Below are positions 35,987-47,127 of a DNA stretch of 64,000 nt, in pieces. The DNA comes from an uncultured Gemmatimonadales bacterium (lineage in GTDB: Bacteria > Gemmatimonadota > Gemmatimonadetes > Gemmatimonadales > GWC2-71-9), in NCBI GenBank assembly GCA_963842945.1, contig CAWJIM010000024.1, forward strand, positions 416,001 to 480,000. Direction: 5' to 3'. Both the position numbers and the translations under genes were made by a program. Within the stretch, counting starts at the first letter, position 1. Each line of letters starts with the position of its first letter. The notes beneath the pieces were generated by a model. The model ran no database searches, was not told where the DNA came from, and saw only the letters and a program-made list of their open reading frames with translations.

Positions 35987-38390
35987 CTGCGAGTTCACCG
36001 GCTGAGAAGGAGACTGCGCGGGCTCCTGCCCATCGTCGCGGCGATCAGCGCGCTGCAAAGCTGCGACAGTGGCGGTGGGGTGGAGCCGTGCGAAGGGCCT
36101 TTCTGCGACCTCGGCCCCGCACGGCCCCAGCCCACCACAATGGAAGTCTGGCGCGGGAACAATCAGACCGGCGTCCCTGAACGGGAGCTAACCGACACCC
36201 TTCAGGTGAAGGTCACCGATAATGCCGGCCGGCCAGTGCCGGGGGTGACGGTGAGATTCAACGTCGCCACCGGTGGCGGTCGGCTTTCCAGTGACAGCGC
36301 GCAGTCCGATACCCTCGGAGTGGCCGGTGTCCGCTGGGTTCTGGGCGAGCAGCTCGGCGCGCAGACGCTGTCCGCCGAAGCTGTCAATAACGACAACGCT
36401 CCGCTGGAACACTCTCCTCTGCAGTTCTCGGCTGAGGCACAGCCGGCGTCACCTGCCAAGCTGATACTACATGCCGGATTGTCGGAGACGGCACAGAACG
36501 GCGTTCCGCTGGAGGGGCAGCCGGTTCTCGATGTGCTGGACGCCGATGACCAGCCGATCGCGGGGGTGGAGGTAGCCGTCTCTGTCAGCTCAGGAGGCGC
36601 CACCGTGAGCGGCAGCGCCACGGCTACGTCGGACGGCAACGGGATTGCCAGCTTCAGCGGCCTGGCTCTGACGGGAGCGCAGGGGGCGCAAACCCTTCGC
36701 TTTACGGCAGCGGGTGCGGAGACGGTGTCGGGTCCGATTCAGCTCTCGGCCGGCACACCCGCCAGCATGAGCGGAGTGGAGCCTTTGACCTATGAGGGAA
36801 CCGTCAATTCCCCCGTGAGCCCGGGACCGTCGGTAATGGTCAAGGATGCGGCCGGCAATGTGGTGCCTGGCGTGGAGGTGACATTCACTGCCAACCGGAA
36901 CTCTTCGGTGTCTCCGGAGGTCGCAACTACCAACGAGCAAGGTCTGGCCCAGGTGAGCTGGACGCTGGGCACCACCGCCAACGTTCAGTACACGCTCACT
37001 GCCCGAATCGAAGCCTCCCCGGTTTCGTCGGTTCGATTTACCGCTACAGCGCGGGCCGGCGCCGCCGGCCGGCTGAGAATCTCGACCCAACCATCTTCGC
37101 CCACACAGAGCGGGACGCCGTTTGCGCAGCAGCCGGTGCTGCAAACTGTAGACGAGAACGGAAACCCGACGGCCCAGCCGGGCGTCGCGGTTACGGCCGC
37201 GATATCCTCAGGGCCCAGTGGCACGCTGACAAACCAGACTGCGACCACCGATGCAAACGGCCAGGCTGCCTTCAGCGGGCTGACGGTCACCGGCGTGGCC
37301 GGCAACTATACGCTTTCCTTCAGCGCACCTGGCCTGGGGGGGGTAACCTCGACCCCCTTTGCCATCACAGTTGGCTCCGCGGCACGCCTGGCATTCGTGA
37401 CCCAGCCCTCCACCGCAGCGCGGAGCCGTCTGCCCCTGGTCAGTCAGCCGGTGCTCCAGATTCAGGACGCCAGCGGCAATCCTATCGCGCAGGCCGGAGT
37501 AATGGTGACCGTCTCGGCGCTACCCTCGGGGACCACGGTCTCCGGTGAAGCCGTGGCGACCGACGAGAACGGACGTGCCGCGTTCAGCGCGCTGACGCTG
37601 CAGGGCATACCCGGACCCAAAGACCTCACCTTTGCCGCTCCGGGGCTGCAGAGCGCGACGGCGCGAGTGACCCTGCCGAGTGTATCCACCGTGACGGCCG
37701 CGCCGAGTCACCCGGCTTCGGCGGTGGTGGGTAGCACCGTTGCCGGGCCGGTGATCTCCTGGACATTCAGAGATGCCTCAACCCGGCCGGTGGCAGACGC
37801 TGATTTTGTCCTGAAGGCGCCGTCTGGCGGAACCGCACTGCCGGTGACACCCTTCAGCGACATCAATGGGGTGGTGCAGGCAGGCAGTTGGACTCTCGGT
37901 CCGACGGCAGGTTATCAGTACCTGCAACTGGGGCTGCCGGATGGCCGCATTTTCCGGGATAGCATTCTCGCCACACCGGGTCCGGCAACACAGCTGGTGA
38001 AGGTCTCTGGAGATGATCCGATACAGTCGGCGCCGATCAATTCTCGAGCTGCCCGACTTGTTTGTCGTCCGGGTGGTTGATCAGTTCGGCAATGGCGTTG
38101 CGAACGTCAGTGTCCAGTGGTCGACCTGCGATGGCACCGCGGGCGAGCCGGTGCCGCCGACGGACGCAAATGGGTATTCGAGCACAAGACAGCCTACCGG
38201 AACGCAACCTTCCGGCGATCAGCCGTTCTGCACCATGGCCACGGCTTCGGGGCTGCAGGGTTCACCGGTCCAGTTCCTTTACACGGTCACCGGCAGTGCG
38301 GCAGCCACGGGCCAGCTTCGAACATCAGCAGTAAGGCACTCGGGACCACCACCGATTGCGCCCGAATCTCGCGCCGCAAGAACCCGCTGA
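35987..38390 (+). CDS. invasin/Big_1-like Ig-repeat surface lipoprotein (frameshift near 38045)
   Basis: Repeated V.D..G.PV.GV.V.F, TD.NG.A.F and WTLG motifs. An in-frame signal peptide with ALQSC lipobox lies upstream of the called GTG. Confidence 0.78.
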
Positions 38391-38396
38391 TCCGGA

Positions 38397-39011
38397 GTGA
38401 GCGTGACCAGAAGCTCTTCAGGACTTCTCACGGCACTGACGCTACTCGCCGCGAGCAAGGCAACCGCACAGTCGGCCCAAGCCGTCTCGATCCAGGTTTC
38501 AGGGCTGTACAACGTCGTGTTCGGCAACGTATTCGAGACGCTGAAGAATGGAGTCGGTGGAGAGGCCCAGATTCGGTACACCCCGGGAGCGCTTTCATTC
38601 GGACTGGGATTTCAATACACCACTCACGATCGCCCACCGGTTCAGCCGAGCGACCCTGAATCCCTGGACTTCAGGCTGTATGGGGGCTTTATCGAGCCGC
38701 GTTATCGGATTCACACCGGGAGCAACGTGTGGGCTCCCTACGTCTCAGCCCGCTTTTCCCTGCTCAAGGTGGGTTTTTCCGATCCTGACTTTTCGCTCTC
38801 ATCTTCCTTCATCCAAATCAACGGAGGTGGCGGCCTGTTGTACCGGCTGTCATCGCGAGTCAATCTCGATATGGGGGCCACCTTCGGGTACAATCAGCTG
38901 GGCGATGGAACGCTGGAGAGCAAATCGAATAACACCGCCACGCAGGTCGAGTCGAGCTCGGGCACAAACGTGATGGTCCGGGTTGGCTTTGCTTTTGGGA
39001 TCGGCGGGTAG
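38397..39011 (+). CDS. outer-membrane beta-barrel protein (OmpA-like barrel)
   Basis: Signal peptide, alternating amphipathic strands, APYVSA, GGGLLY, terminal VGFAFG. Confidence 0.72.
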   Translation: MSVTRSSSGLLTALTLLAASKATAQSAQAVSIQVSGLYNVVFGNVFETLKNGVGGEAQIRYTPGALSFGLGFQYTTHDRPPVQPSDPESLDFRLYGGFIEPRYRIHTGSNVWAPYVSARFSLLKVGFSDPDFSLSSSFIQINGGGGLLYRLSSRVNLDMGATFGYNQLGDGTLESKSNNTATQVESSSGTNVMVRVGFAFGIGG

Positions 39012-39019
39012 GTAGCGGG

Positions 39020-42000
39020 CTAGAGGTCGGGAGAGCCGATGATCCGGCAGCTGGACAGATTAAGGGTGCTGCCGTCCTTCACGAACTCCACCCGGAACAT
39101 GGGCCGGCTGGTGAGCCGGCCTCCGAAGGCGTCCTTCCAGGATAGCCGGAATCCGAATTCCATCGAAGCAGTTGTGCTGCCGATCCGCTGAGCCCCGTCC
39201 TCGCGCTCACCCACCTGCGCAGCCCACTCGCTGGTACGCAAAATCCGGCTGAGCTTCTTCAGATTGTCCCGGTCGCTCTTGGACTCGGGATGATAGAGGT
39301 CTTCCAGCCGGCTGACATCTTTTTGTGCCACCGCGTTGTAGCACTGGTCCACCCCCTGGCCCATCTGATCGATCACCCGCAGCCGCTCGGCGGCTGGATC
39401 ACCCGGAGGTGCGTCAGGTGCCGAACGTCGCGCCTCCTCGGCAGCGAGCTCGGCACGGCTGGTCCGCGGCTGCGGAAGAACGGTGACTCTCACCTTCCCC
39501 GCCTTTCCGTCCACGCTGGCGCTGATGTCTGCGCTGCCCGCTGCGACGGCTACGACCACGCCGGAGGAATCGACCGAGGCCACGTCCGGATCGCTGCTGG
39601 CCCAGACCGCCGGCTGGCCACTCAATTCCACTCCGCGCTGATCGCGCGGGGCTGCCCGGAGATCCAGAGTATCTCCCACCTTGAGCGGGCGGGCCCCACT
39701 AACGTCTACCGACGCGACGGGCGCCGGAGCCACGGACACCGATGAGATTGCCGATTCGCCGCCGCTTCGGGCAATGATGAGCGTACCACCCGGCGCGCGA
39801 GCCCGAATCAGCCCGGAGCTCTGATCGACCGAGGCGACCGACGGATCGCTGGAGCTCCAGGTTGCCCTTACGCCGGGTATCGGTTTGCCGCGCTCATCCT
39901 GGCCGGAGAGCGCCAGCGTCAGCGTGTCGCCCACCCGAAGGGGAGAGGGAGAGGCGATGGAGAGCGAGGCCAGCTGGGGCAACACCGCGGCGCGCGGAGC
40001 CGAACGCACCACAATTCGGGCGCTGTCCCTCCAGGCTCCAGCGGCGGCAACGACCTGGGCCCGGCCGGGAGCCAGCGCCTGCACCAATCCGGAGGAGTCC
40101 ACCGTGAGCACCGTGGTATCGGTCGCGCTCCAGGAGATCCGCTCCGGGTCCACCATCCTGCCGCTGGCATCGCGCGATTCGGCAGCAAGGGGGCTCGACA
40201 TCCCAACCCTGAGCGGACCGGACGGCCGCCGAGTGATCGTGACCGAGACCGGCGCGCCGGTGTCCACCACCGCGGAATCGGCCGGCTTGCTGGTGGAAGC
40301 GATGGCATAACCAGCCGAGCCTAGCCCGGCCTCGTCCGTAGGTGCCGAGTCACGCAGGGCAATGGTCGTCTCCGGAACGGCCGGCGGTTCTGACTGACCG
40401 CGTCCCCCAACCAGCCAGAAGCCACCTGCCACCAGGAACGCGCCTCCGGCGGCTACCAGCCATCCTGATCGACTGCGCGAGCGCCTGGGCTCCGGGCTAC
40501 GCGGCTCGGGCGGCAGCTCCCAGGGGATCGGATCAGGCCGGGGCCGGGAAACGATGGGCTCGGGAACCCGCTCCAGGACGTTGACGCTGATGGAGGAGCT
40601 AACGCCTTCGCACACGGCGGTCAGCATGATATGACCGGGATTCCGGGTAATCACCCAGCCTCCCGCCGTTACCACCGCAATGTTCACATCACTGACGCTC
40701 CAGGCCACGCTCCTGTCGGTGAGCGCGCCGGCCCACCGGTCGAGCGGCGTGGCCGTGAGCGCAAAAGAATCGCCCGCTACAACAGACTCCGGCGCCGCCG
40801 AGATGTGCACCGCCGCCACCCTCGGAGGCAGAACGGTCACTCCGACATTGGCCCGAGCGTCGTCGAGCTCAGCAATGATGCGCGCGGACCCGGCGGAGCG
40901 CGCCGTCAGAACGCCATCAAGACTGACGGTGGCTACGGCGTCGTCCTCGGATCGCCAGGTTACCGGCTCGCCAACCGCTCGTCCCCGCTTGTCGCGAGGG
41001 GTCGCCTCCAGCCGGATCTCGTCGCCCACGGTTATCGCCTTCTCGACCGCCTTTACGACGATGGAATCGGCCCGGGGCGGCGCCACGGTGACCCGCAGCC
41101 GCCCTTCCTGGCCATCGCAGATGGCGCGAATGAGGGCGGTGCCGTTAGTGACGGCAGTCGCCACCGCCTTGGCGGAGTTGACCCGGAGGACGCCGGGTGA
41201 GTCGCTGCTCCATTGCACCGGACTGGTGGGCAATCGGGCGGCCTGGCCATCGTGCACCCGCGCCACCAGCAGGAAACTGTCACCTACTTCGAGGCCGGCC
41301 GGCGGGGGCAGAATGCTGACCGCCCGCATCATCCCCGGTGGAGTAATCTGGAGCACTGCCGAGGACTTGCCGCCAGCCACCCGAGAGCCATTGCGCGAAC
41401 CCCCGAACGAGGTGCGCGCCCCGGCCATGGCGAACCGGCTCAGCTCGGCACGCAGTGGATCATCCTCCGGCAGGGCCGCGGCGCCGAGGGCGGTCAGCGC
41501 CTGCGTCATGCTGGGCCAGCGCTCCTCCGGATTCTTGGCCAGCATCCGCAGAATCGCGCTCTCCAGCTCGGGCGGACAATCTCCAAGCTCGCGCAGAGGG
41601 CGGGGTGGTTGCTCCACGTGCGCCTGGATGACTGAATACGTGGACCCGGTGAACGGTGGTACGCCGGTGATCATCTCATAGGCCACCACACCCAGGGAGT
41701 ACTGGTCCGAGGCGCCCGACACTTCACCGCCGGCGCACTGCTCCGGACTCATATAGGCGGGCGTCCCTACCATGAAGCCGGTATGGGTGTGACTTGGCCC
41801 CTCGGCGGCCTTGGCAATGCCGAAGTCGGTGACCACCGCGTTGCCATCCTCGTCGACCAGGATGTTCGCCGGTTTGATGTCTCGATGCACCACCTTGAAG
41901 CGGTGAGCGTAAGCCAGAGCCGAGCCGACATGGTAGAGAATGGACCGGGCGGTGGCCAGCGGCAGCCTGCCGGCATCCTTGAGGACCTGCTCCAGCGAGC

Positions 42001-42523
42001 GCCCCTGGATGCAGCGCATGACGAAGAAGTGGAGGCCTTCGGCTGCCCGCACCGAATAGACCGAGACGATGTTGGGATGGTTGAGATGCGCGATGGTGAT
42101 CGCTTCACGGCGGAAGCGGTCGATCATACCGTCGCCCATCAGCAGCCCGGGCGACATCACCTTGATCGCCACATCGCGATGCAGCGACAGCTCATGGGCC
42201 AGGAATACCGCGGCCATGCCGCCCCGTCCCAGCTCGTGGCCGATCTCGAACTCGCCCAGGGTAGCCCGCCGGAGCCGGGCTATCACCTCAGCCCAGGGGG
42301 AATCGTCTTCGGTCAGCGCGCCTGAAATGGAGTGAGAGTCGGGCCGGGGAATGCCCGGAGTGCCGCATTTGGGGCAGATCTCGTCGCTCTGAAGCAGGAA
42401 CTCGCCGCAGCTCGCGCACCACAAGAGCTCCGCTCCGCACTGCGCGCAGAAGCGGTCGTCCGGCCCGAGCGGGCCACTGCACTGCAGACAGGCGATGGGC
42501 GCGGTCATGCTGCCGGGAGACAT
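39020..42523 (-). CDS. Hanks-type Ser/Thr kinase with double zinc ribbon and Big_2 Ig repeats
   Basis: Four CxxC, LGRGGMAAV, VAIK, HRDIKPAN, DFG, GTPAYMSPE, repeated W.SSD..VA.V, one TM helix. Confidence 0.9.
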   Translation of the reverse strand: MSPGSMTAPIACLQCSGPLGPDDRFCAQCGAELLWCASCGEFLLQSDEICPKCGTPGIPRPDSHSISGALTEDDSPWAEVIARLRRATLGEFEIGHELGRGGMAAVFLAHELSLHRDVAIKVMSPGLLMGDGMIDRFRREAITIAHLNHPNIVSVYSVRAAEGLHFFVMRCIQGRSLEQVLKDAGRLPLATARSILYHVGSALAYAHRFKVVHRDIKPANILVDEDGNAVVTDFGIAKAAEGPSHTHTGFMVGTPAYMSPEQCAGGEVSGASDQYSLGVVAYEMITGVPPFTGSTYSVIQAHVEQPPRPLRELGDCPPELESAILRMLAKNPEERWPSMTQALTALGAAALPEDDPLRAELSRFAMAGARTSFGGSRNGSRVAGGKSSAVLQITPPGMMRAVSILPPPAGLEVGDSFLLVARVHDGQAARLPTSPVQWSSDSPGVLRVNSAKAVATAVTNGTALIRAICDGQEGRLRVTVAPPRADSIVVKAVEKAITVGDEIRLEATPRDKRGRAVGEPVTWRSEDDAVATVSLDGVLTARSAGSARIIAELDDARANVGVTVLPPRVAAVHISAAPESVVAGDSFALTATPLDRWAGALTDRSVAWSVSDVNIAVVTAGGWVITRNPGHIMLTAVCEGVSSSISVNVLERVPEPIVSRPRPDPIPWELPPEPRSPEPRRSRSRSGWLVAAGGAFLVAGGFWLVGGRGQSEPPAVPETTIALRDSAPTDEAGLGSAGYAIASTSKPADSAVVDTGAPVSVTITRRPSGPLRVGMSSPLAAESRDASGRMVDPERISWSATDTTVLTVDSSGLVQALAPGRAQVVAAAGAWRDSARIVVRSAPRAAVLPQLASLSIASPSPLRVGDTLTLALSGQDERGKPIPGVRATWSSSDPSVASVDQSSGLIRARAPGGTLIIARSGGESAISSVSVAPAPVASVDVSGARPLKVGDTLDLRAAPRDQRGVELSGQPAVWASSDPDVASVDSSGVVVAVAAGSADISASVDGKAGKVRVTVLPQPRTSRAELAAEEARRSAPDAPPGDPAAERLRVIDQMGQGVDQCYNAVAQKDVSRLEDLYHPESKSDRDNLKKLSRILRTSEWAAQVGEREDGAQRIGSTTASMEFGFRLSWKDAFGGRLTSRPMFRVEFVKDGSTLNLSSCRIIGSPDL

Positions 42524-42793
42524 CCGTTAGGGGGGAATCGCTCAATATTGAAGGCCGGTCGAGAAGAGCGCAAACTGGCTCCTAGTCTAGGTCGAGCGCA
42601 GACGCCGGGCAGCGGGGTCTCCCGCCGCCCAAATCCCAGTCGAACGCCGCCAGATACGATTCTCAAAGCTAATGGTCCTGCCCGAACAGGTCTACGTAAC
42701 TCTATGCCTGGCATTTAGATCTGTGAGGAGGATCACGCACCTACCGTACCCTGCCCCGGGGAGCCAAATTGGTGACGTCCGACCAGGAGGAAT

Positions 42794-43219
42794 ATGACGA
42801 CTATGGCCACCAAGCCTGCAGCCCGGCAGCAGCCGGAGTCGCTCCGACTCCGCTCGATCACGCCCAGCTTTACCGTCAACGACATCGACCGCAGCGTGCA
42901 GTGGTATTGCCAGGGACTCGGTTTCTATCTGGCCGAGCGCTGGGAGGACGCCGGGAAGCTCAAGGGAGCCATGCTCAAGGCAGGGGCCTGCGAGCTCGGG
43001 CTTACCCAGGACGATTTCAGCCGGGGACGCGACCGGCCCAAGGGCGTCGGCTTCCGGATCTGGTGCGAGACCACCCAGGACGTCGACGCGATCGCCAAAC
43101 GGCTGCGAGATTTTGGCGGGACCATTACGGAGGAGCCGGGTAATCACTGGGACAACTACAGCTTCACGGCCCAGGATCCGGACGGATTCAAGCTGACGAT
43201 AATTCGGGCGAAAAGCTGA
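42794..43219 (+). CDS. VOC/glyoxalase family protein
   Basis: TVNDIDRSVQWY...LGF, DPDGFKL; GGAGG RBS. Confidence 0.85.
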   Translation: MTTMATKPAARQQPESLRLRSITPSFTVNDIDRSVQWYCQGLGFYLAERWEDAGKLKGAMLKAGACELGLTQDDFSRGRDRPKGVGFRIWCETTQDVDAIAKRLRDFGGTITEEPGNHWDNYSFTAQDPDGFKLTIIRAKS

Positions 43220-44780
43220 GCTTCTGGCGCAGTATCTCCATGGCGGCGTTGCGGCCATTGATCCCGATTACGCTCCCGCCCGGGTAGGTCCCTGCTCCGC
43301 AGAGAAAAACGCCGGTCATCGGCGTGCCCGGCGTCAGTCGCCGGTCCCACATGTAGGCCGGCAGACACTCGCCCTGGAAAATGTGCCCTCCAGTAAGACC
43401 GGTCCGCCGCTCGATGTCCGGCGGACCCATGACCTCCAGTTGCAACACAGCCTCCGGAATGTTGCTGCAGAACCGGCCGATCGATTCCAGCGCCACCCGA
43501 GCAACGTCCTCCCGCCGGCTGTCCCAGCTTCCCGTGCTGAACCGGTAGGGAACCGGCTGGGCAAAGATGCTCATGATGTGTTGGCCGTCGGGGGTCACGC
43601 TCGGATCGTGCGAGCTCTGGAAGTACAGCTCGGTCCAGAGCCGGGGAGGCAGCTCGCCGGCCTGGGCGGCCTGATAGTGCGCCCGCCATTCGGCTTTGCT
43701 GAGCGGGGTGTTGACCTGGCCGAAATGATGCGGCTCCAGCGTGCCCGGGCCGGGCCGTGAAGTTCGGTAGCTCGCTGGAGGGCCACGGTGATCTTGACCG
43801 TGCAGCCGGTCATCGGGATACTGCTCTACCTGCGCCCGCCATCGCCGGATCGGCCGCATCACCCAGCAGCCGGAGCGTGGTGCGGGGGTCCGCGTTGGAG
43901 ACGACGACCGGAGCCTGCAGGCGCTCTCCACCTTCCAGCTCGACCCCCTCTCCGGGCAGAATCCGGCGCACCGGCGCTCCCGCCGTCACCTGGACACCCA
44001 GCCTCCCGGGCAACGTCCGCCAGGATGAACGAGACCCGGCCCATCCCGCCCTTGATATAGCCCCACATGCCGGGCATTCCGCCCATTCGGCCCGAGGCAT
44101 GGTGGAAGTGGATTGACGCGGTTCCCGGTTCGTGCGGGCTGGCATTGGTGCCGATCACGCCCTGCCCCAGCAGCGACTGCTGCAGCCGCTCATCCTCGAG
44201 GTAGCGCTCGACGAACTCCACCATGGACCACTCGAAGAGCAGCCCGATGGCCTCCGGGTCGTGACCGAGGCGGGACTCGATTGCCTCCCGGCTGGGTGCG
44301 GGCCCGATCCACAGGTCGGCCGGACCGGGGGGGCGGAGCGCGTCGCGCACCCGCGCTTTCAAGGCGGACATCGCCCGCCACCCGACGAGATCCTTCGGGG
44401 CAAAGCGGCGGATCTCCGCCTCCAGCCGATCATCGTCTCCCCAGAGCTGCACGCTGCTGCCGTCCTCGAAGGGCACGAACAGTCCTGGCATGGCCGGATG
44501 CCACTCCAGCCCTCGGCGGACCAGCTCCAGCTCCTCGATGACCAGCGGATGGAGCAGCCCACATACATAGGCGCAGGGCGAGACCCGGTAGCCGGGCCAG
44601 GTCTCCTCCAGCGTGCAGGCGCCGCCCAATCCGGTTCCGGCTCTCCAGCACCAGCACCCGGCGGCCGGCCCGGGCGAGGTACGCGGCGCAGGTGAGACCG
44701 TTATGGCCGGCGCCGACCACGATGGCATCCCAGGTCCTGGCGGCCAGCTGCTTGATCGATGAGGATGGAAGGATGGTCAC
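43188..44780 (-). CDS. FAD-dependent oxidoreductase, phytoene-dehydrogenase-like, multiply frameshifted
   Basis: IVVGAGHNGL, GGACT, WGYIKGGMG, VVSNAD, GHIFQG, LCGAGTYPGGSVIGING. Confidence 0.8.
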
Positions 44781-44811
44781 GTAGTAGAGGATAGCTCAGT
44801 TTTACGCCATG

Positions 44812-44839
44812 AAAAAACCCCGCACGGTTGTGCGGGGTC
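44812..44839 (-). terminator. rho-independent terminator of the siderophore receptor gene
   Basis: Stem ACCCCGCAC/TGCGGGGT with T6 on the minus strand. Confidence 0.75.
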
Positions 44840-44859
44840 TCTCAATGCGAAGATGATGC

Positions 44860-46975
44860 TCAGAACCCGGTGGTAACGGCAACCCGGAAGGAGCGTGGCG
44901 AGCCCGGGCTGATGTTGTCGTTGCTGTTCGCGGTCCCGTAGTACTGCTGGTCGAAGACGTTCTCCAGATTCGCCTGGACCCGGAGGTGCCGGCTCATGGT
45001 ATAGTAAGCCGCCGCGTCGAACCGGGTAAAGCTGGGCAGCGTCACCGCATTGTCGATGGCGGCGTACATGTCATCCTGGTAGACCACGCCCAACCCGAAG
45101 CCCAGCGCATGGGTGGCCTGATAGCGGTTCCACAGGGAGACTGTGTTCCGGGGTACCAGGGCAACCCTGGCTCCTTCCGCCGCTGCCACCGTACGGCTGG
45201 TGACCTTGGCATCCTGATTGGCATAGCCGCCGATGATCTGCCATTCGGGCGTCATCGTGCCGGTCAGGCTGAATTCGAAACCCCTGGTCCGCTGGCTGCC
45301 GGTCTGAACCGTTCGGCTGGGATCGGCTGGATCCGGCGCCGTGGTGTTGGTCCGATCCAGGCGATAGACCGCGCTCGCAAGCGAAAGCCGGTCGAATACG
45401 TCCCATTTGGCCCCGATCTCGTAGTTCTTGAACTTCTCGGGCTCCAGGGTCGCGCTGGTCACCGTCATCGAGGAGAACTGATCCCCCGAGCTGGGGAGGG
45501 CCGAGACACTGTAGCTGGAGTACAGGCTGACGGTCTCGACCGGCTTGAACAGCAAGGCGGCCCGGGGTGATACCAGATCGTCGGTGCGGCTCAGCGCGTC
45601 GTTGGTGCGGTGGTTGTAGAAGTCCACATCGAAGTGCTCATAGCGCGCTCCAACGATCGCCTGCCACTGCTCCGACAGCACGATCTGGCTTTGTCCGTAG
45701 AACGACAGCGACGTGGCGCGTGGAATGGTTATCGGCGTCGGTTGCGCTTTGACGGAACGAGACCGGAACCGCGATGGTCGGATTGGATACCGGGGCGATG
45801 AACGCCGTCGTCGAATCGTTGAAGTAGCCGGTATTGCGGAAGTTGTCGGTGATCTGCCGGCCGATGGAAAAGCCGCCGAGCAGCGTCTGGCTGATCGACC
45901 CGGTCACCAGGCGATAGCTGATTTCCGACTCGTTGAACAGGTTGCGCCGCTCGGTCGCGTTGTTGTAGGCCAGGATATTGACCTCGGTGCCCGCCGGGGT
46001 CACCGCGCCGGGATACACGTTCTGGTAGATCTTGTCGTAATCGGCAAAGAGGCTTCGGTTCCGCAGGGTGACCAGGCCTCCGGTGGTGTGCTCGATACTG
46101 GCGGTCCCGATGTTGACTAGCGCATCGGCGTAGCTGACCGAGGGATCGCCGAAGAAGGTGCGGGGCGTGGTGGTCGACAGCGGCGCTCCGCCAAAGGACG
46201 GAATCCCCCGGTCGGCGGTGCGATAGTCCTTGAAATGCTCGTAGCTCGCCAAGCACCCGGGTCTGGGGCGAGAGCTGGATGGTGGCGGTGGGATTGAGGC
46301 CATAGCGCTCGATGTTGACCTCGTTGCGGTAGACATCGGAGTTCTCGTAGACCCCATTGATTCGAAGCGCCACGGCTTCGGAGATCCCCTGCCCCACGTC
46401 CACTGCGGTGCGCCGGTTGCCGTAGGAGCCGCCCTGCAGCGACAGCTCGCGAATCGGGGTCCAGTCCGCCACCTTCGTCACCCGGTTGAGCACCCCGCCT
46501 CCGACTCCCCGGCCGAAGATCAGCGCGTTGGCGCCCTTCAGCGCCTCGACCCGCTCGACGTTGTACAGATCGCGGAAGTACTGGATGTCGTCCCGCATTC
46601 CGTTGACGAAGAACCCGGCCGTGGTGTTGTTGCCGCGGATCGTAGGCTGATCGCGGTTGCCCTCCCCTTGCCCCATGGTGATGCCGGGGATGTACCGGGT
46701 CACGTCGCCCATGCTCTGCATCCGCTGGTCGGCGATCACATTCCGAGTAATGGCGGTGACCGACTGAGGTACGTCGCGAAGCGGGGTGTTGGTCTTGGTA
46801 GCGGTGGAGCTCCGCCGCGTGAAGTAGGCCGGGCCGGGCCGCGCCCTTCACCTCGATGGTTGGGAGGGACAGTGGCGTGGTGTCCCGCTGACGTCGACTT
46901 GGTTGAGTCACCCTGGGCCCGGGCGAGCGATGGCAGGCAGGCCAGCAGGAGGATGGGGGCGAGATGCCGCGGCAC
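44860..46975 (-). CDS. TonB-dependent siderophore receptor (Fiu/BfrD-like), frameshifted
   Basis: ATKTNTPLRDVPQSVT, GEGNRD, ERVEALKG, NYEIGAK, NLENVFDQQY, terminal F. Indels near 46850, 46250 and 45720. Confidence 0.85.
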
Positions 46976-46990
46976 GGTGATTCCCTATTG

Positions 46991-47005
46991 TGAGAATGAT
47001 TCTCA
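46991..47005. promoter_or_regulatory. Fur box (7-1-7 palindrome)
   Basis: TGAGAAT-G-ATTCTCA, about 15 bp upstream of the siderophore receptor start. Confidence 0.75.
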
Positions 47006-47127
47006 AGTAGTCTTCGGCGTGCGCTCCATCCTAAAAGCCAAAGGGGACTGCGTCAATAGGAATTTGATCTGTCAGTTGTGCCAGTTGCCGCTGATGCCGG
47101 GCGATAGGACCATGAGAGCACGCCCTC

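Noticed and set aside
43188..44780. Carotenoid biosynthesis gene crtI
   Set aside because: There are no neighbouring crt genes, and the motifs fit the broader phytoene-dehydrogenase-like oxidoreductase family.
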